Shown here: positions 1 through 9,110 of the stretch, piece after piece
How positions within the stretch are numbered: the first letter of the stretch is position 1
Layout: each line of letters opens with the position of its first letter
Assembly (NCBI GenBank): GCA_947472655.1
Contig: CANJCG010000002.1
Span: forward strand, 1 to 38,181
Source of the DNA: Actinomycetota bacterium
Lineage (GTDB): Bacteria > Actinomycetota > Actinomycetes > S36-B12
Length of the DNA: 38,181 nucleotides
Direction: 5' to 3'
The notes under the pieces: generated by a model
Database searches by the model: none
What the model was told of the DNA's origin: nothing
What the model saw: the letters and a program-made list of their open reading frames with translations, nothing else
Position numbers and translations under genes: made by a program

Positions 1-22
1 GACTAACTGAGACACTGAACCC

Positions 23-754
23 ATGTCTTTCCTTCCCCAAGGACTGGTCTCGTTCATCGCGCAAGCGAAAGAAGACGTTGCATCAGTACTCGAGCGTGAC
101 CCTGCTGCGCGTTCAGCGCTAGAGGTGGCATTGCTCTATCCAGGTGTCCATGCTGTTTGGGCGCACCGCGTCAGCAACTCGCTTTGGAATGCTGGAGCGC
201 ATTTACCGGCCCGCGCGGTATCGCAGGCCACTCGGGCATTGACAGGCATCGAGATCCACCCAGCAGCTGTTATTGGACCGCGAGTGTTTATTGATCACGG
301 TGCTGGCGTAGTTATTGGTGAAACTTCCATCGTTGGTTCTGACGTCACTATTTATCACGGCGTAACTCTTGGTGGCACCAGCTTGAACCATGGCAAACGT
401 CATCCAACGGTCGGCGATCGCGTAACAATTGGCGCGGGGGCGAAAATTCTTGGCGACATCGAAGTTGGTTCTGATTCGCGCATTGGCGCTAATGCAGTTT
501 TAGTTCGTTCAGTCGATCCTGATTCAGTAGTTGTCGGCGTTCCGGGTCAAGTAGTTGCTCGAGCAGGTGTTCACACTGCTCGACCTCGCCACGATGCACA
601 AGACCGCAACGCTCCTGATCCTGTCGGCAGTGCAGTTCACGCATTGTTGGCTCGAGTCGAAAAATTAGAAACCGAAGTGACAGGCAAGGCATCACCTGGC
701 GGCGTTTACCGGCCAGTTGATGGAGTCTGGGAGTCCACTGACTTTTCTATTTAA
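23..754 (+). CDS. cysE: serine O-acetyltransferase (short-type CysE)
   Basis: 243-aa ORF with ATG at 23. N-terminal SAT motif LERDPAARS...LYPGVHAV. Hexapeptide beta-helix repeats (GIEIHPAAVIGPRVFIDHGAGVVIGETSIVGSDVTIYHGVTLGG...GDRVTIGAGAKILGDIEVG). Long C-terminal tail ending in Ile (..DFSI), as in SAT tails that dock into CysK. Confidence 0.9.
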   Translation: MSFLPQGLVSFIAQAKEDVASVLERDPAARSALEVALLYPGVHAVWAHRVSNSLWNAGAHLPARAVSQATRALTGIEIHPAAVIGPRVFIDHGAGVVIGETSIVGSDVTIYHGVTLGGTSLNHGKRHPTVGDRVTIGAGAKILGDIEVGSDSRIGANAVLVRSVDPDSVVVGVPGQVVARAGVHTARPRHDAQDRNAPDPVGSAVHALLARVEKLETEVTGKASPGGVYRPVDGVWESTDFSI

Positions 755-777
755 TCTCGCGGATTTCAGGGGTCGAG

Positions 778-2019
778 CTACACCTGCTGCATTGCTGGAT
801 CGACTATAACTTTGTGAACCGCAGCAACCCGCTTGAAAACGTAGAACATTGGCAGCCCAAGCAGGATGAGAGCGGAAGCCGCGATAAGGAACACCGCTTC
901 GTAACCGATGTGGGCAGCGATGATGCCGCCAAAAGCCGGACCGAGCTGCGATGAAAGTGCTTGAACGCTTTGGTAAAGCCCAAACATCGAGCTCAAGGCT
1001 GCAGCCGTAACGACCGTTGGCAGCAGGGTAATCGCACTTGTTGTCAGGAATCCACCGAACAGCGACATCACAATTGCCAGAGCTGCCAGAGCTGCGACAG
1101 AGTTGACGAATCCCATTGGGATTAAGAACACGGCAACACCGATAGCTGAAATAAGCAAAACTTTTTGAAGCCCTATCTTGGTGATGGCGCGACCTGCAAG
1201 CACAGAAGCGACCGCACCCGCCGCAGAAATTCCGAAGAACAGCCATCCGATGATTGCGGTCGAATTGGACGAGTCTGGTAACAAGCTAATTACGTATGGC
1301 GGCAAAATCGGCTGCACCATTGGTGCGGCGAAACTCAAGAACAGCACGAGTGCAAGTGCCGCCCAAACGAGTGGTGACTTCAAGATGGCACGCATGCCTG
1401 GCTTATCTGCTGTATTTTTTGGTGCGAGTGCTCGTCTAGGCTCTTTAATCATAAAGATCGTGACGGCCGCGCCGGAGAACATCAATGCTCCCGCGACATA
1501 GAACGTGGTCTCGTAGCCCCAGGCTGCAATAAAACCAGCAGCAACGACAGGCCCCATCGCGATACCGCCCAGAGTCGCGCCTTGGAACTGGCCGAGCGCT
1601 TTAGGCAGGCGCATTGCTGGTGTTCCAGCCGCGATGAGAGCCATAGCTGCGGCTGGTGCCCCTGCCATGACGCCGATGAAGGTTCGAATCGCAACGATTT
1701 GCCAAATGCTGGTAGCAAAGCCAAAGAGCACCAAGCCGATCGCGCCACCAAGACAGGCGCGGATGAGCATGGGCTTTCGCCCATATTTATCGCCGAGAAT
1801 TCCCCAGATTGGGCCTGAAATGAAGGATCCAACTCCACCGAGACCGGTAGCGATTCCGGCCCACATGGCCGCATCTGGCCCGCTGACCGACGGGTCGATC
1901 TGCAAGATGTAGAGCGGGAGAAAGGGAATCGTAAAGGAAAACGTGATGCACAGCAGGAAGACGGCGAGCATCGAGGCGTAGTTATTGCGCTGCCAGCCGG
2001 GGGATCCTTCGTCTTCCAT
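778..2019 (-). CDS. MFS transporter (DHA1-like efflux family)
   Basis: 413-aa hydrophobic ORF with about 12 predicted TM segments. MFS motif A-like GILGDKYGRKPML between TM2 and TM3. GAGGA SD-like sequence ahead of the ATG. Divergent from oxyR. Confidence 0.85.
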   Translation of the reverse strand: MEDEGSPGWQRNNYASMLAVFLLCITFSFTIPFLPLYILQIDPSVSGPDAAMWAGIATGLGGVGSFISGPIWGILGDKYGRKPMLIRACLGGAIGLVLFGFATSIWQIVAIRTFIGVMAGAPAAAMALIAAGTPAMRLPKALGQFQGATLGGIAMGPVVAAGFIAAWGYETTFYVAGALMFSGAAVTIFMIKEPRRALAPKNTADKPGMRAILKSPLVWAALALVLFLSFAAPMVQPILPPYVISLLPDSSNSTAIIGWLFFGISAAGAVASVLAGRAITKIGLQKVLLISAIGVAVFLIPMGFVNSVAALAALAIVMSLFGGFLTTSAITLLPTVVTAAALSSMFGLYQSVQALSSQLGPAFGGIIAAHIGYEAVFLIAASALILLGLPMFYVFKRVAAVHKVIVDPAMQQV

Positions 2020-2091
2020 TTTTTCCTCTTCGGTCGGTCCGTTTTCACGTGCTGTAAAGGAAGATAGTGGACATTTCGAGAGGAGGGAGCC

Positions 2092-2112
2092 TTATCGAAA
2101 GTATTTCGGTTA
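2092..2112. promoter_or_regulatory. imperfect palindrome TTATCGAAA-GTA-TTTCGGTTA in the MFS/oxyR divergent intergenic region (candidate LysR/OxyR operator)
   Basis: Core CGAAA-GTA-TTTCG (2096-2108) is a perfect inverted repeat, and the extended arms match 7/9. It is centred about 64 nt upstream of the oxyR ATG and about 83 nt upstream of the MFS ATG. The TTATC half resembles mycobacterial OxyR half-sites as I recall them. No experimental support. Confidence 0.3.
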
Positions 2113-2165
2113 CTTTTCACGATTGGTCAATTCAAGATCCCATGTTGATCTCATAGAGTTTAGCT

Positions 2166-3092
2166 ATGGCCGCAATCACAATCGTTCAACTTCGTGCATT
2201 CGTCGCGATCGCTCAGACCGCACATTTTGGCGATGCCGCTGCGCTCATCGGGGTATCTCAACCCACGCTGAGCCAAGCCCTGTCCACTCTTGAGGCCAAC
2301 CTCGATGTCCAGCTGATTGAACGAAACCCTCGAAAAGTTTTGGTGACGAAAGCCGGGGTGACGTTGCTGCCCCTTGCCCAACAAGCAATCGCGGCGGTGG
2401 ACGCGGTAGTGGAAGCAGCCGAACCAGCTCGTTGGCTCAGTGGACCGATGCGACTGGGCGTTATCCCCACAATCGCGCCGTACCTCTTGCCTTCAGTTCT
2501 GCGCATTTTGCAACGCGAAGCTCCGGATCTCGAACTATCTGTGCATGAAGATCAGACGTGGCGTTTGATAGATGCACTAAAGCGAGGAGATATCGACGTC
2601 GCGATACTGGCCTTGCCGACGAGCGAACTTGGCCTACAGGAAATTCCCATGTACATCGAAGACTTCGTCTTAGCGTTGCCTGCAAAAAGTGATCTGGCTG
2701 GTCGAGTTGACGTAGACCCAAAGACCCTTGCCAGTCTGCACCTACTACTTCTTGATGAAGGGCATTGCCTGCGTGATCAAGCACTCGATGTGTGCGCTCA
2801 GGCTGGAGCACATGATGCAGGTAACGATCCAGCTCGCGCGTCGTCTCTCGCGACAATTGTGCAACTCGTGTCCGCGGGACTTGGAGCCACGCTGCTTCCT
2901 GCAACTGCGGTGTCGGTGGAAGCTCGTGGCGCGGCTCTTGGGATAGCGCACTTTAAGGCGCCTGCTCCAGGGCGAACGATCGGCTTGGTCTACCGCGCAT
3001 CAACGCGTAGGGCTCAAGAACTTGAGGATCTCGCAGAGATCCTGCGTCGATCAGTTATCAAGGGCAAGCTTGCAGCTCGACCGCTTTGGTGA
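2166..3092 (+). CDS. oxyR: LysR-family peroxide-sensing regulator OxyR
   Basis: 308 aa with an N-terminal wHTH (LRAFVAIAQTAHFGDAAALIGVSQPTLSQALSTLE). OxyR redox signature LLLLDEGHCLRDQALDVC, with two Cys 9 residues apart as for E. coli C199/C208. Confidence 0.88.
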   Translation: MAAITIVQLRAFVAIAQTAHFGDAAALIGVSQPTLSQALSTLEANLDVQLIERNPRKVLVTKAGVTLLPLAQQAIAAVDAVVEAAEPARWLSGPMRLGVIPTIAPYLLPSVLRILQREAPDLELSVHEDQTWRLIDALKRGDIDVAILALPTSELGLQEIPMYIEDFVLALPAKSDLAGRVDVDPKTLASLHLLLLDEGHCLRDQALDVCAQAGAHDAGNDPARASSLATIVQLVSAGLGATLLPATAVSVEARGAALGIAHFKAPAPGRTIGLVYRASTRRAQELEDLAEILRRSVIKGKLAARPLW

Positions 3093-3189
3093 GGCAGGCG
3101 AAGTTTCTGAAGTTGCGACTAAACCTGTCGGGATTCGCATTTGTGACATATGCTCTGGGGCCAAGATCAGTCAATAGCGGGAGCGACAC

Positions 3190-3948
3190 ATGGACACTGC
3201 ACGGCATACGGGCAAGATCGTCATCGTCACGGGAGCAGCGAGCGGAATTGGTCGTGCATCCGCGATTCGATTTGCCGCTGAGGGTGGATCAGTTTTCGGC
3301 TTCGACATCAATGAATCCGGTTTGCAGGAAACACAAAAGCTGATTGCCGCCAGCGGAGGCAAGTGCGAAATTATTTATGGTGATGTCACGATCCAAGCTG
3401 ATGTCGACCGCTTAGTTGCTGCGGTGGGATCTCGAATCGATGTGCTGGCCAATATTGCCGGAATCATGGATAACTTCCGCACTCTAGGCGAGGTTGACGA
3501 CGCAACGTGGGATCGAGTCCTTGATGTGAACCTCACAGGTGTCATGCGACTTTCGCGGGCCGCATTGCCCGTGATGATCGCTCAAGGTGGGGGAGCCATG
3601 GTGACTGTTGCATCGAAAGCATCACTTGGAGCCGGTGCATCAGGCATTGCCTATACCGCGAGCAAACATGCGGTTATTGGACTTGTTAAGAGCACTGCTT
3701 ATTTTTACGGGACCCAAGGCATTCGATCCAACGCAGTTTTACCTGGACCGGTTGATACGAATATCGGCACGACTTCGGCACCACATTCAGAATGGGCGAT
3801 GCAGCGTGCGCATTTATCGATGGCAACGCTCACCAAATCTGCAGAGCCTGATCAAATTGCATCAGTCATTTCTTGGCTCGCTTGCGATGAAGCATCGAAC
3901 ATGAATGGCTCGGTGGTTTCCGCCGACGGAGGTTGGGCCACTGCTTAA
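3190..3948 (+). CDS. SDR-family oxidoreductase
   Basis: 252 aa. TGAASGIGRA (TGxxxGxG), NIAG, catalytic YTASKHA (YxxxK). GGGAG SD 6 nt upstream of the ATG. Confidence 0.9.
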   Translation: MDTARHTGKIVIVTGAASGIGRASAIRFAAEGGSVFGFDINESGLQETQKLIAASGGKCEIIYGDVTIQADVDRLVAAVGSRIDVLANIAGIMDNFRTLGEVDDATWDRVLDVNLTGVMRLSRAALPVMIAQGGGAMVTVASKASLGAGASGIAYTASKHAVIGLVKSTAYFYGTQGIRSNAVLPGPVDTNIGTTSAPHSEWAMQRAHLSMATLTKSAEPDQIASVISWLACDEASNMNGSVVSADGGWATA

Positions 3949-4089
3949 TGGCTATTTATGCACTGCTTGTTCAATCTTCCGCCTTCCAACCCTGTGAATT
4001 GGGTCAGAAGTCTTTAGCTACGAATCTGGAGCAGTTCGCACTGAGAAAAACATGACACCTGTATTGTCATAAGTTCAGATGTCATCACA

Positions 4090-6396
4090 GTGGAGGCGAT
4101 GGTGAGTAGCAAAGTTGCTCGCAGGCGCGTCACCTATTCCCCAAAAGTCTTTATTCCACTCACAACGCTGTGCCGCGATCGCTGTGGATACTGCACCTTC
4201 GCCCAGTCGCCAGCCCACGTAGCCCCGTATTTGACCCTCGAAGAAGTTGTCGAGATCGCTAAAGCGGGTGCTGAAGTGGGATGTCACGAGGCCCTGTTCA
4301 CACTTGGTGAAGCTCCTGAAGATCGATACCCGGTGGCCCGCGAGTGGCTTGATGCCCACGGCTACACCTCAACGGTCGACTACCTTGTGGCGGCCTGCCA
4401 AGCCGTTCTCGACGAAACGGGTCTACTGCCGCATGCCAATGCCGGCGCGATCTCGAAAGAAGAACTCCTACGCCTGCGTGCGGTAGCGCCAAGTCAAGGA
4501 ATGATGATTGAGACCCTTCGAGCTGATTTGCCAGCACATCGTGGCGCCCCTGATAAAACCCCTGAGCGTCGATTGGCCACGCTGGAGGCTGCCGGCGAAC
4601 TGAAGATTCCCTTCACCACCGGGATTCTTGTGGGTATCGGCGAGAGTCGAGAAGACCGAATCGAAGCGTTGGAAGCTATAGCTGCGTCACATGCACGGCA
4701 CGGACACGTTCAAGAGGTCATCGTTCAAAATTTCATGCCTAAGGCTGACACCGTGATGCGTCTGACCCCGGCATGTAGCGAAGAAGACCACCTCGACGCG
4801 ATTGCACTTGCACGAGCGATCTTGCCTGCTGATGTGCATGTACAGGCACCGCCAAACCTGGTAGACGATGCTGGCTCACTACTGAATGCAGGCATCGACG
4901 ATTTTGGTGGAATCTCACCAATTACGGCCGATCATGTAAACCCTGAACGCCCTTGGCCGCATATTGCAGATTTACGCGAGATAACTGAGGCAAGAGGTCA
5001 GGCGCTCGTTCCACGATTAACAATTCACCCTGAGTTTGTTTTGCAAGCAGATGTGTGGATCGACCCGGTCCTGCATTTTGCAGTGATGGACAGAAGCGAT
5101 TCTGAAGGTCTTGCCCGTGACGATGCTGGTGCGTTTTTTCCTGAACGCTATGAGCAAGCAAAGAATGTGGGCACCGGACCCGAGGTTATTCAGATTGGTC
5201 GACGCTCGACTTCATGGTATTCGGGATCAGATCAGACTCCAGAGATTCTCATCGGTGGTGCTGCAGCCGCTGAAGTAAGCGGCGCTGTCGGTGAGGTACT
5301 ACAAGGAGTCAGGCAAGGCCAGATTCCTGACGAAGCCCAGTTGGTTTCCTTGTTCTCTGCGCGAGGTTCTGAGGTTCTCGCGGTGGCAGCTCTTGCAGAT
5401 GAACTTCGTGAAGCGGTCAATGGTGATGTTGTTACCTTCGTGAGAAATCGCAACATCAACTACACCAATGTCTGCACATTCAAGTGCAAGTTTTGTGCGT
5501 TCTCCAAAGGCCCAGCTACGTTGAACCTTCGTGGTGAACCGTATTTGCTCACAGGATCTGACGTTGCCGATCGCGCAGTCGAGGCTCTCGAACTCGGTGC
5601 AACAGAGGTATGTCTACAAGGTGGAATTCATCCTGATTTCAATGGACAGACATACCTGGATATCTTGCGAGAGGTGCGTGATGCGGCACCTAGTATCCAT
5701 ATTCATGCCTTCTCTGCTCTCGAAGTCTGGGAGGGCGCGCGTCGACTCGGAATCCCACTTCGTGAATTCCTTATTAACCTGCGCGACAGTGGTCTTCGCT
5801 CACTTCCCGGAACCGCCGCCGAAATTCTTGATGATGAAATCAGAAAAGTTATATGCGCTGACAAAGTCAATACAGAGCAGTGGCTTGAAGTGCACGAAAC
5901 TGCACACGAAGTCGGCTTGAAATCCAACGTAACAATAATGTTCGGCACTATTGAGCGACCAGTTCATTGGGCTAGACATCTGATTCGCACGCGCGAACTT
6001 CAGGCGCACACAGGTGGCTTTACTGAGTTTGTGCCGCTTCCGTTCGTGCACATGGCCGCACCAATTTATTTGAAGAAGGGTGCTCGTCGCGGACCAACGT
6101 GGCGCGAAACCGTGTTGATGCACTCGGTTGGCAGAATCGCGTATCACGGTTCTATCCATAATATTCAGGCATCTTGGGTCAAACTCGGCACCAGTGGCGC
6201 GCAGCAACTGTTGCGTGCTGGCGTCAATGACCTTGGTGGCACGTTGATGGATGAAAATATTTCGCGGGCGGCTGGCGCAACACATGGCCAAGGCATCACT
6301 GTTGAAGAGTTTGCAGAGATCACGAATCCAATTGGTCGAATTCTGCAGGAGCGATCAACTCTGTATGGGCCAGCGCACGCTCCAGTAAAGGTGTGA
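4090..6396 (+). CDS. fbiC: bifunctional FO synthase (7,8-didemethyl-8-hydroxy-5-deazariboflavin synthase, CofG+CofH fusion)
   Basis: 768 aa with two radical-SAM halves, each carrying CxxxCxxC (CRDRCGYC near the N-terminus, CTFKCKFC in the second half). Length and architecture are typical of actinobacterial FbiC. The start is ambiguous: GTG 4090, ATG 4099 or GTG 4102, with GGAGG at 4092-4096. Confidence 0.93.
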   Translation: MEAMVSSKVARRRVTYSPKVFIPLTTLCRDRCGYCTFAQSPAHVAPYLTLEEVVEIAKAGAEVGCHEALFTLGEAPEDRYPVAREWLDAHGYTSTVDYLVAACQAVLDETGLLPHANAGAISKEELLRLRAVAPSQGMMIETLRADLPAHRGAPDKTPERRLATLEAAGELKIPFTTGILVGIGESREDRIEALEAIAASHARHGHVQEVIVQNFMPKADTVMRLTPACSEEDHLDAIALARAILPADVHVQAPPNLVDDAGSLLNAGIDDFGGISPITADHVNPERPWPHIADLREITEARGQALVPRLTIHPEFVLQADVWIDPVLHFAVMDRSDSEGLARDDAGAFFPERYEQAKNVGTGPEVIQIGRRSTSWYSGSDQTPEILIGGAAAAEVSGAVGEVLQGVRQGQIPDEAQLVSLFSARGSEVLAVAALADELREAVNGDVVTFVRNRNINYTNVCTFKCKFCAFSKGPATLNLRGEPYLLTGSDVADRAVEALELGATEVCLQGGIHPDFNGQTYLDILREVRDAAPSIHIHAFSALEVWEGARRLGIPLREFLINLRDSGLRSLPGTAAEILDDEIRKVICADKVNTEQWLEVHETAHEVGLKSNVTIMFGTIERPVHWARHLIRTRELQAHTGGFTEFVPLPFVHMAAPIYLKKGARRGPTWRETVLMHSVGRIAYHGSIHNIQASWVKLGTSGAQQLLRAGVNDLGGTLMDENISRAAGATHGQGITVEEFAEITNPIGRILQERSTLYGPAHAPVKV

Positions 6397-6397
6397 T

Positions 6398-7780
6398 GTG
6401 CCGGAACTGGTAGTTCCTGACCGTAAATACATGGGCACCCCAGCAACGGCTCCCGGGCCATCTGGGCGCGAAATGTTGCCAGCCTTCGCAGCAATCCGTC
6501 GCGATCCTTTGGAGTATCTCAATCGCATTTGGCAGACCTTTGGAGATATCGCGCAATTCCCCATTCCTCGGCCTCCGAGTTATCTCGTGTCTCATCCCGA
6601 TGCGGTCAAGCGCGTGCTTGTGGATCGCCCTCGTGAATACAGTAAAGAAACCATCCAATACAGAGCTTTGTCGCTTGTAACAGGTGGTGGCCTGCTTACT
6701 GCTTTGGATTCACCCTGGAAAGAACATCGGTTGATGTTGCAACCGGCATTTCATCCGCGCCAACTTGAACCGCTTGTTCGGCAGGTTGACATTGGAACGC
6801 GTCGGTTGATGGCGCAATGGAGTGAACTTCCAGATGGTGCTTTAGTTGATATCGAACAAGCGATGCTGAGGGTGGCATTAGAGACCGTTGGCCACGCCTT
6901 ATTCACCGAGGATCTGTCTGGTGATGCGGCAGACCTCACGAGTGCAACCTTAGACGCGCTCGAGGTCGTGGTCGCCCGAGCTCGTGTACCAATCACTCCT
7001 CCTGTATGGATGCCTACTCCAGCGAATCGGCGATTAAAGCGTGCCAATGCAACCCTTGATACGGCAGTTTCAAGGATTGTCGCCTTGCGCCGCGCCGGCC
7101 AGCCTTCATCAACACCGGATGTGTTAGATCTACTTATTGCTGCACGAAACCTGGGTGGGCAACCGCTGACAGAGCGGGAGATACGCGATGAAATCGTGAC
7201 ATTCATTGTGGCTGGCCACGAGACAGTTGCCGCAGCTCTCACATGGAGTTGGGCTTTGCTTGCTGCCCATCCGAAGATTCAAGATCAGCTGCACAGCGAA
7301 GTCAATGCTGTGGTTTCCCCAGCTGATCTCAGATTGGATCAGTTAAGTGAACTTCCATTCACTCGAGCTTGCATCGACGAAGCCCTGCGCTTGTATCCAC
7401 CGGCTTGGCTCATCACACGTAAGGCGCTTTCAGAAGATGAACTTGTAGGTGCTCATATCCCAGCAGGAGCCCTCATCATCATGAGTCCATGGCTTGTTCA
7501 CCGCCACCCAGACTTCTGGAGCGAGCCAAACTCTTATATTCCGAGTCGATTTCTTGACGGGAGTGTCACTCGCCATGCATTCATTCCGTTTGGCAATGGC
7601 TTACGTCTTTGCATAGGCAGGGATTTTGCTTATGCCGAAGCAATCGCTGTAGTGGCTCGATTGGCATCGCGTTTCACCCTGAGCTACCCCGACAGCAACG
7701 TGATTCCTGACGTTAATCCGAGTGTGACTATGCGGCCGATTGGCGGGCTCCACCTGCAAGTGAAAACTCGTATCGGGTGA
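6398..7780 (+). CDS. cytochrome P450, CYP175A1-like (candidate carotenoid beta-ring hydroxylase family)
   Basis: 460 aa. I-helix VAGHETVAAALTW, K-helix EALRLYPPAW (ExxR), PSRF meander, Cys-ligand loop FIPFGNGLRLCIGRDFA. The strings QYRALSLVTGGGLLT and VTMRPIGG recall Thermus CYP175A1 (from memory). GTG start lies 1 nt after the fbiC stop, with an alternative ATG at 6431. The P450 call is firm; the subfamily assignment is tentative. Confidence 0.9.
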   Translation: MPELVVPDRKYMGTPATAPGPSGREMLPAFAAIRRDPLEYLNRIWQTFGDIAQFPIPRPPSYLVSHPDAVKRVLVDRPREYSKETIQYRALSLVTGGGLLTALDSPWKEHRLMLQPAFHPRQLEPLVRQVDIGTRRLMAQWSELPDGALVDIEQAMLRVALETVGHALFTEDLSGDAADLTSATLDALEVVVARARVPITPPVWMPTPANRRLKRANATLDTAVSRIVALRRAGQPSSTPDVLDLLIAARNLGGQPLTEREIRDEIVTFIVAGHETVAAALTWSWALLAAHPKIQDQLHSEVNAVVSPADLRLDQLSELPFTRACIDEALRLYPPAWLITRKALSEDELVGAHIPAGALIIMSPWLVHRHPDFWSEPNSYIPSRFLDGSVTRHAFIPFGNGLRLCIGRDFAYAEAIAVVARLASRFTLSYPDSNVIPDVNPSVTMRPIGGLHLQVKTRIG

Positions 7781-7796
7781 AAGCTTCCCGAGCGAT

Positions 7797-8597
7797 TCAG
7801 GCTTCTAGTTGGTGAATCACGCGATCGTGCAGCAATCCGTTTGTCACAACAAGTGAACCACCCTGTAGGGCGGGACTCCCGTCAAAAGCAGTGGCTTTGC
7901 CGCCAGCCTCTTCGATGATAGGAATCAGCGCAGCTATGTCCCAGGCACCGAGTTCTGGCTCTGCGGAAATATCAACGGCACCTTCAGCAACGAGCATGTG
8001 TGACCAGAAATCACCGTAAGCGCGTTGGCGCCAAGTTGATGAGTTGAGCGAAGAAAGTGCATCATTCTTGGGCCAGCCGATCGCATCTGAATATGAGAAT
8101 GAAGCGTCGCTTATTTCAGTAATGCCGCTCACCTGTATGCGCTTAGGCTCAGTTCCCAGTGCTCGTGTCCAAGCTCCAGAATTTTTTGCGGCCCACCATC
8201 GTCGGCTCAAAGCGGGGGCGGATACCACGCCGAGCACCGGCACACCGTTAATGGTTAGTGCAATCAAGGTAGACCAAACCGGTACACCGCGAACGTAGTT
8301 TTTTGTTCCATCAATCGGATCCAAGATCCAGCGACGATTACTCGTGATTGCAGATGCACCGAATTCTTCACCGAGAATGTCATCAAGTGGACGCTCTTGC
8401 ATCAGAACTTCGCGCAGGAGTTTTTCTGCCGACTGATCTGCTTCTGTTACGGGCGTAAGGTCGGGCTTGGTTTCAATGCGTAATGAACTGGACTGAAAAG
8501 TCTTCATCGTGACTAGGTCAGCGTGGTCGGCCATTGCTAAGGCGAGTTCGAGGTCAGCAGCTAATGAAGTCAGGTCAGCGCTCAATGATTTGGACAC
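7797..8597 (-). CDS. hisN: histidinol-phosphatase, inositol-monophosphatase family (HisN)
   Basis: 266 aa. IMPase motifs KPDLTPVTEAD and WILDPIDGTKNYVRGVPVWSTLIAL. Appears collinear along its length with actinobacterial HisN (M. tuberculosis Rv3137, as I recall it). Confidence 0.85.
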   Translation of the reverse strand: MSKSLSADLTSLAADLELALAMADHADLVTMKTFQSSSLRIETKPDLTPVTEADQSAEKLLREVLMQERPLDDILGEEFGASAITSNRRWILDPIDGTKNYVRGVPVWSTLIALTINGVPVLGVVSAPALSRRWWAAKNSGAWTRALGTEPKRIQVSGITEISDASFSYSDAIGWPKNDALSSLNSSTWRQRAYGDFWSHMLVAEGAVDISAEPELGAWDIAALIPIIEEAGGKATAFDGSPALQGGSLVVTNGLLHDRVIHQLEA

Positions 8598-8646
8598 AGA
8601 ATAGAATCTAGTCCTTGGATCGGAAGCCGGCGTAGACTAGGTAACT

Positions 8647-9105
8647 ATGTCGCAACTTGTCACCATCAGCGGAATTCCGGTTCACCCGCTCATCGTGCAT
8701 GTTGTGGTTGTTTTGGTGCCGCTGACTGCTCTAGGCGCGATTGTGATGGCCATCCTTCCTAAGTTCTCTCGTCGTTTTGGGCCGCTCGTGGCCTTGGGAG
8801 CTTTTGTGAGTATTGGCAGTGCGGTCCTTGCCAAGGAGGCAGGCGAACAATTAGCTCGGGTGAAGCCAGTGAGTGCTGATCATTTGCACTGGGGCTCACA
8901 GGTGCCACTCTGGGTAGGATTATTCGGATTAGCCGTAATCGGATTTTGGTTCGTAGATCGCGGTATTCCATCAAATCGCGCCCGACCGCTTTGGCTTCGG
9001 TTCGCGGGGGTTGGAGTTGTGGCCCTTGCTCTTATTGCAACGTTGTACGTCTTAGCAGCCGGGCATAGTGGTGCCGAAGCTGTCTGGGCTTCGCTCATTC
9101 GCTAA
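8647..9105 (+). CDS. DUF2231-like integral membrane protein
   Basis: 152 aa with 4 hydrophobic segments. N-terminal IPVHPLIVHVVVVLVPL resembles the HP-x-(L/V)H motif of DUF2231. Function unknown. Confidence 0.6.
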   Translation: MSQLVTISGIPVHPLIVHVVVVLVPLTALGAIVMAILPKFSRRFGPLVALGAFVSIGSAVLAKEAGEQLARVKPVSADHLHWGSQVPLWVGLFGLAVIGFWFVDRGIPSNRARPLWLRFAGVGVVALALIATLYVLAAGHSGAEAVWASLIR

Positions 9106-9110
9106 GTGTG

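Noticed and set aside
692-2120. Long alternative-frame and antisense ORFs over the MFS gene (184 aa, 212 aa, 107 aa, 92 aa and others)
   Set aside because: Their compositions are low-complexity and rich in Arg, Ser, Pro and Cys. They have no recognisable motifs and are fully nested in a well-supported CDS. This is typical of stop-poor frames in GC-rich coding DNA.
5800-7242. 163-aa antisense ORFs inside fbiC (5800-6291) and the P450 gene (6751-7242)
   Set aside because: Same reasoning as for the ORFs over the MFS gene: they are nested antisense to strongly supported genes, with no start context or motifs.
8608-8640. CTAGTC-N21-GACTAG inverted repeat in the hisN/DUF2231 divergent region
   Set aside because: It has only 6-bp arms and a long spacer, which is indistinguishable from chance in 49 bp.
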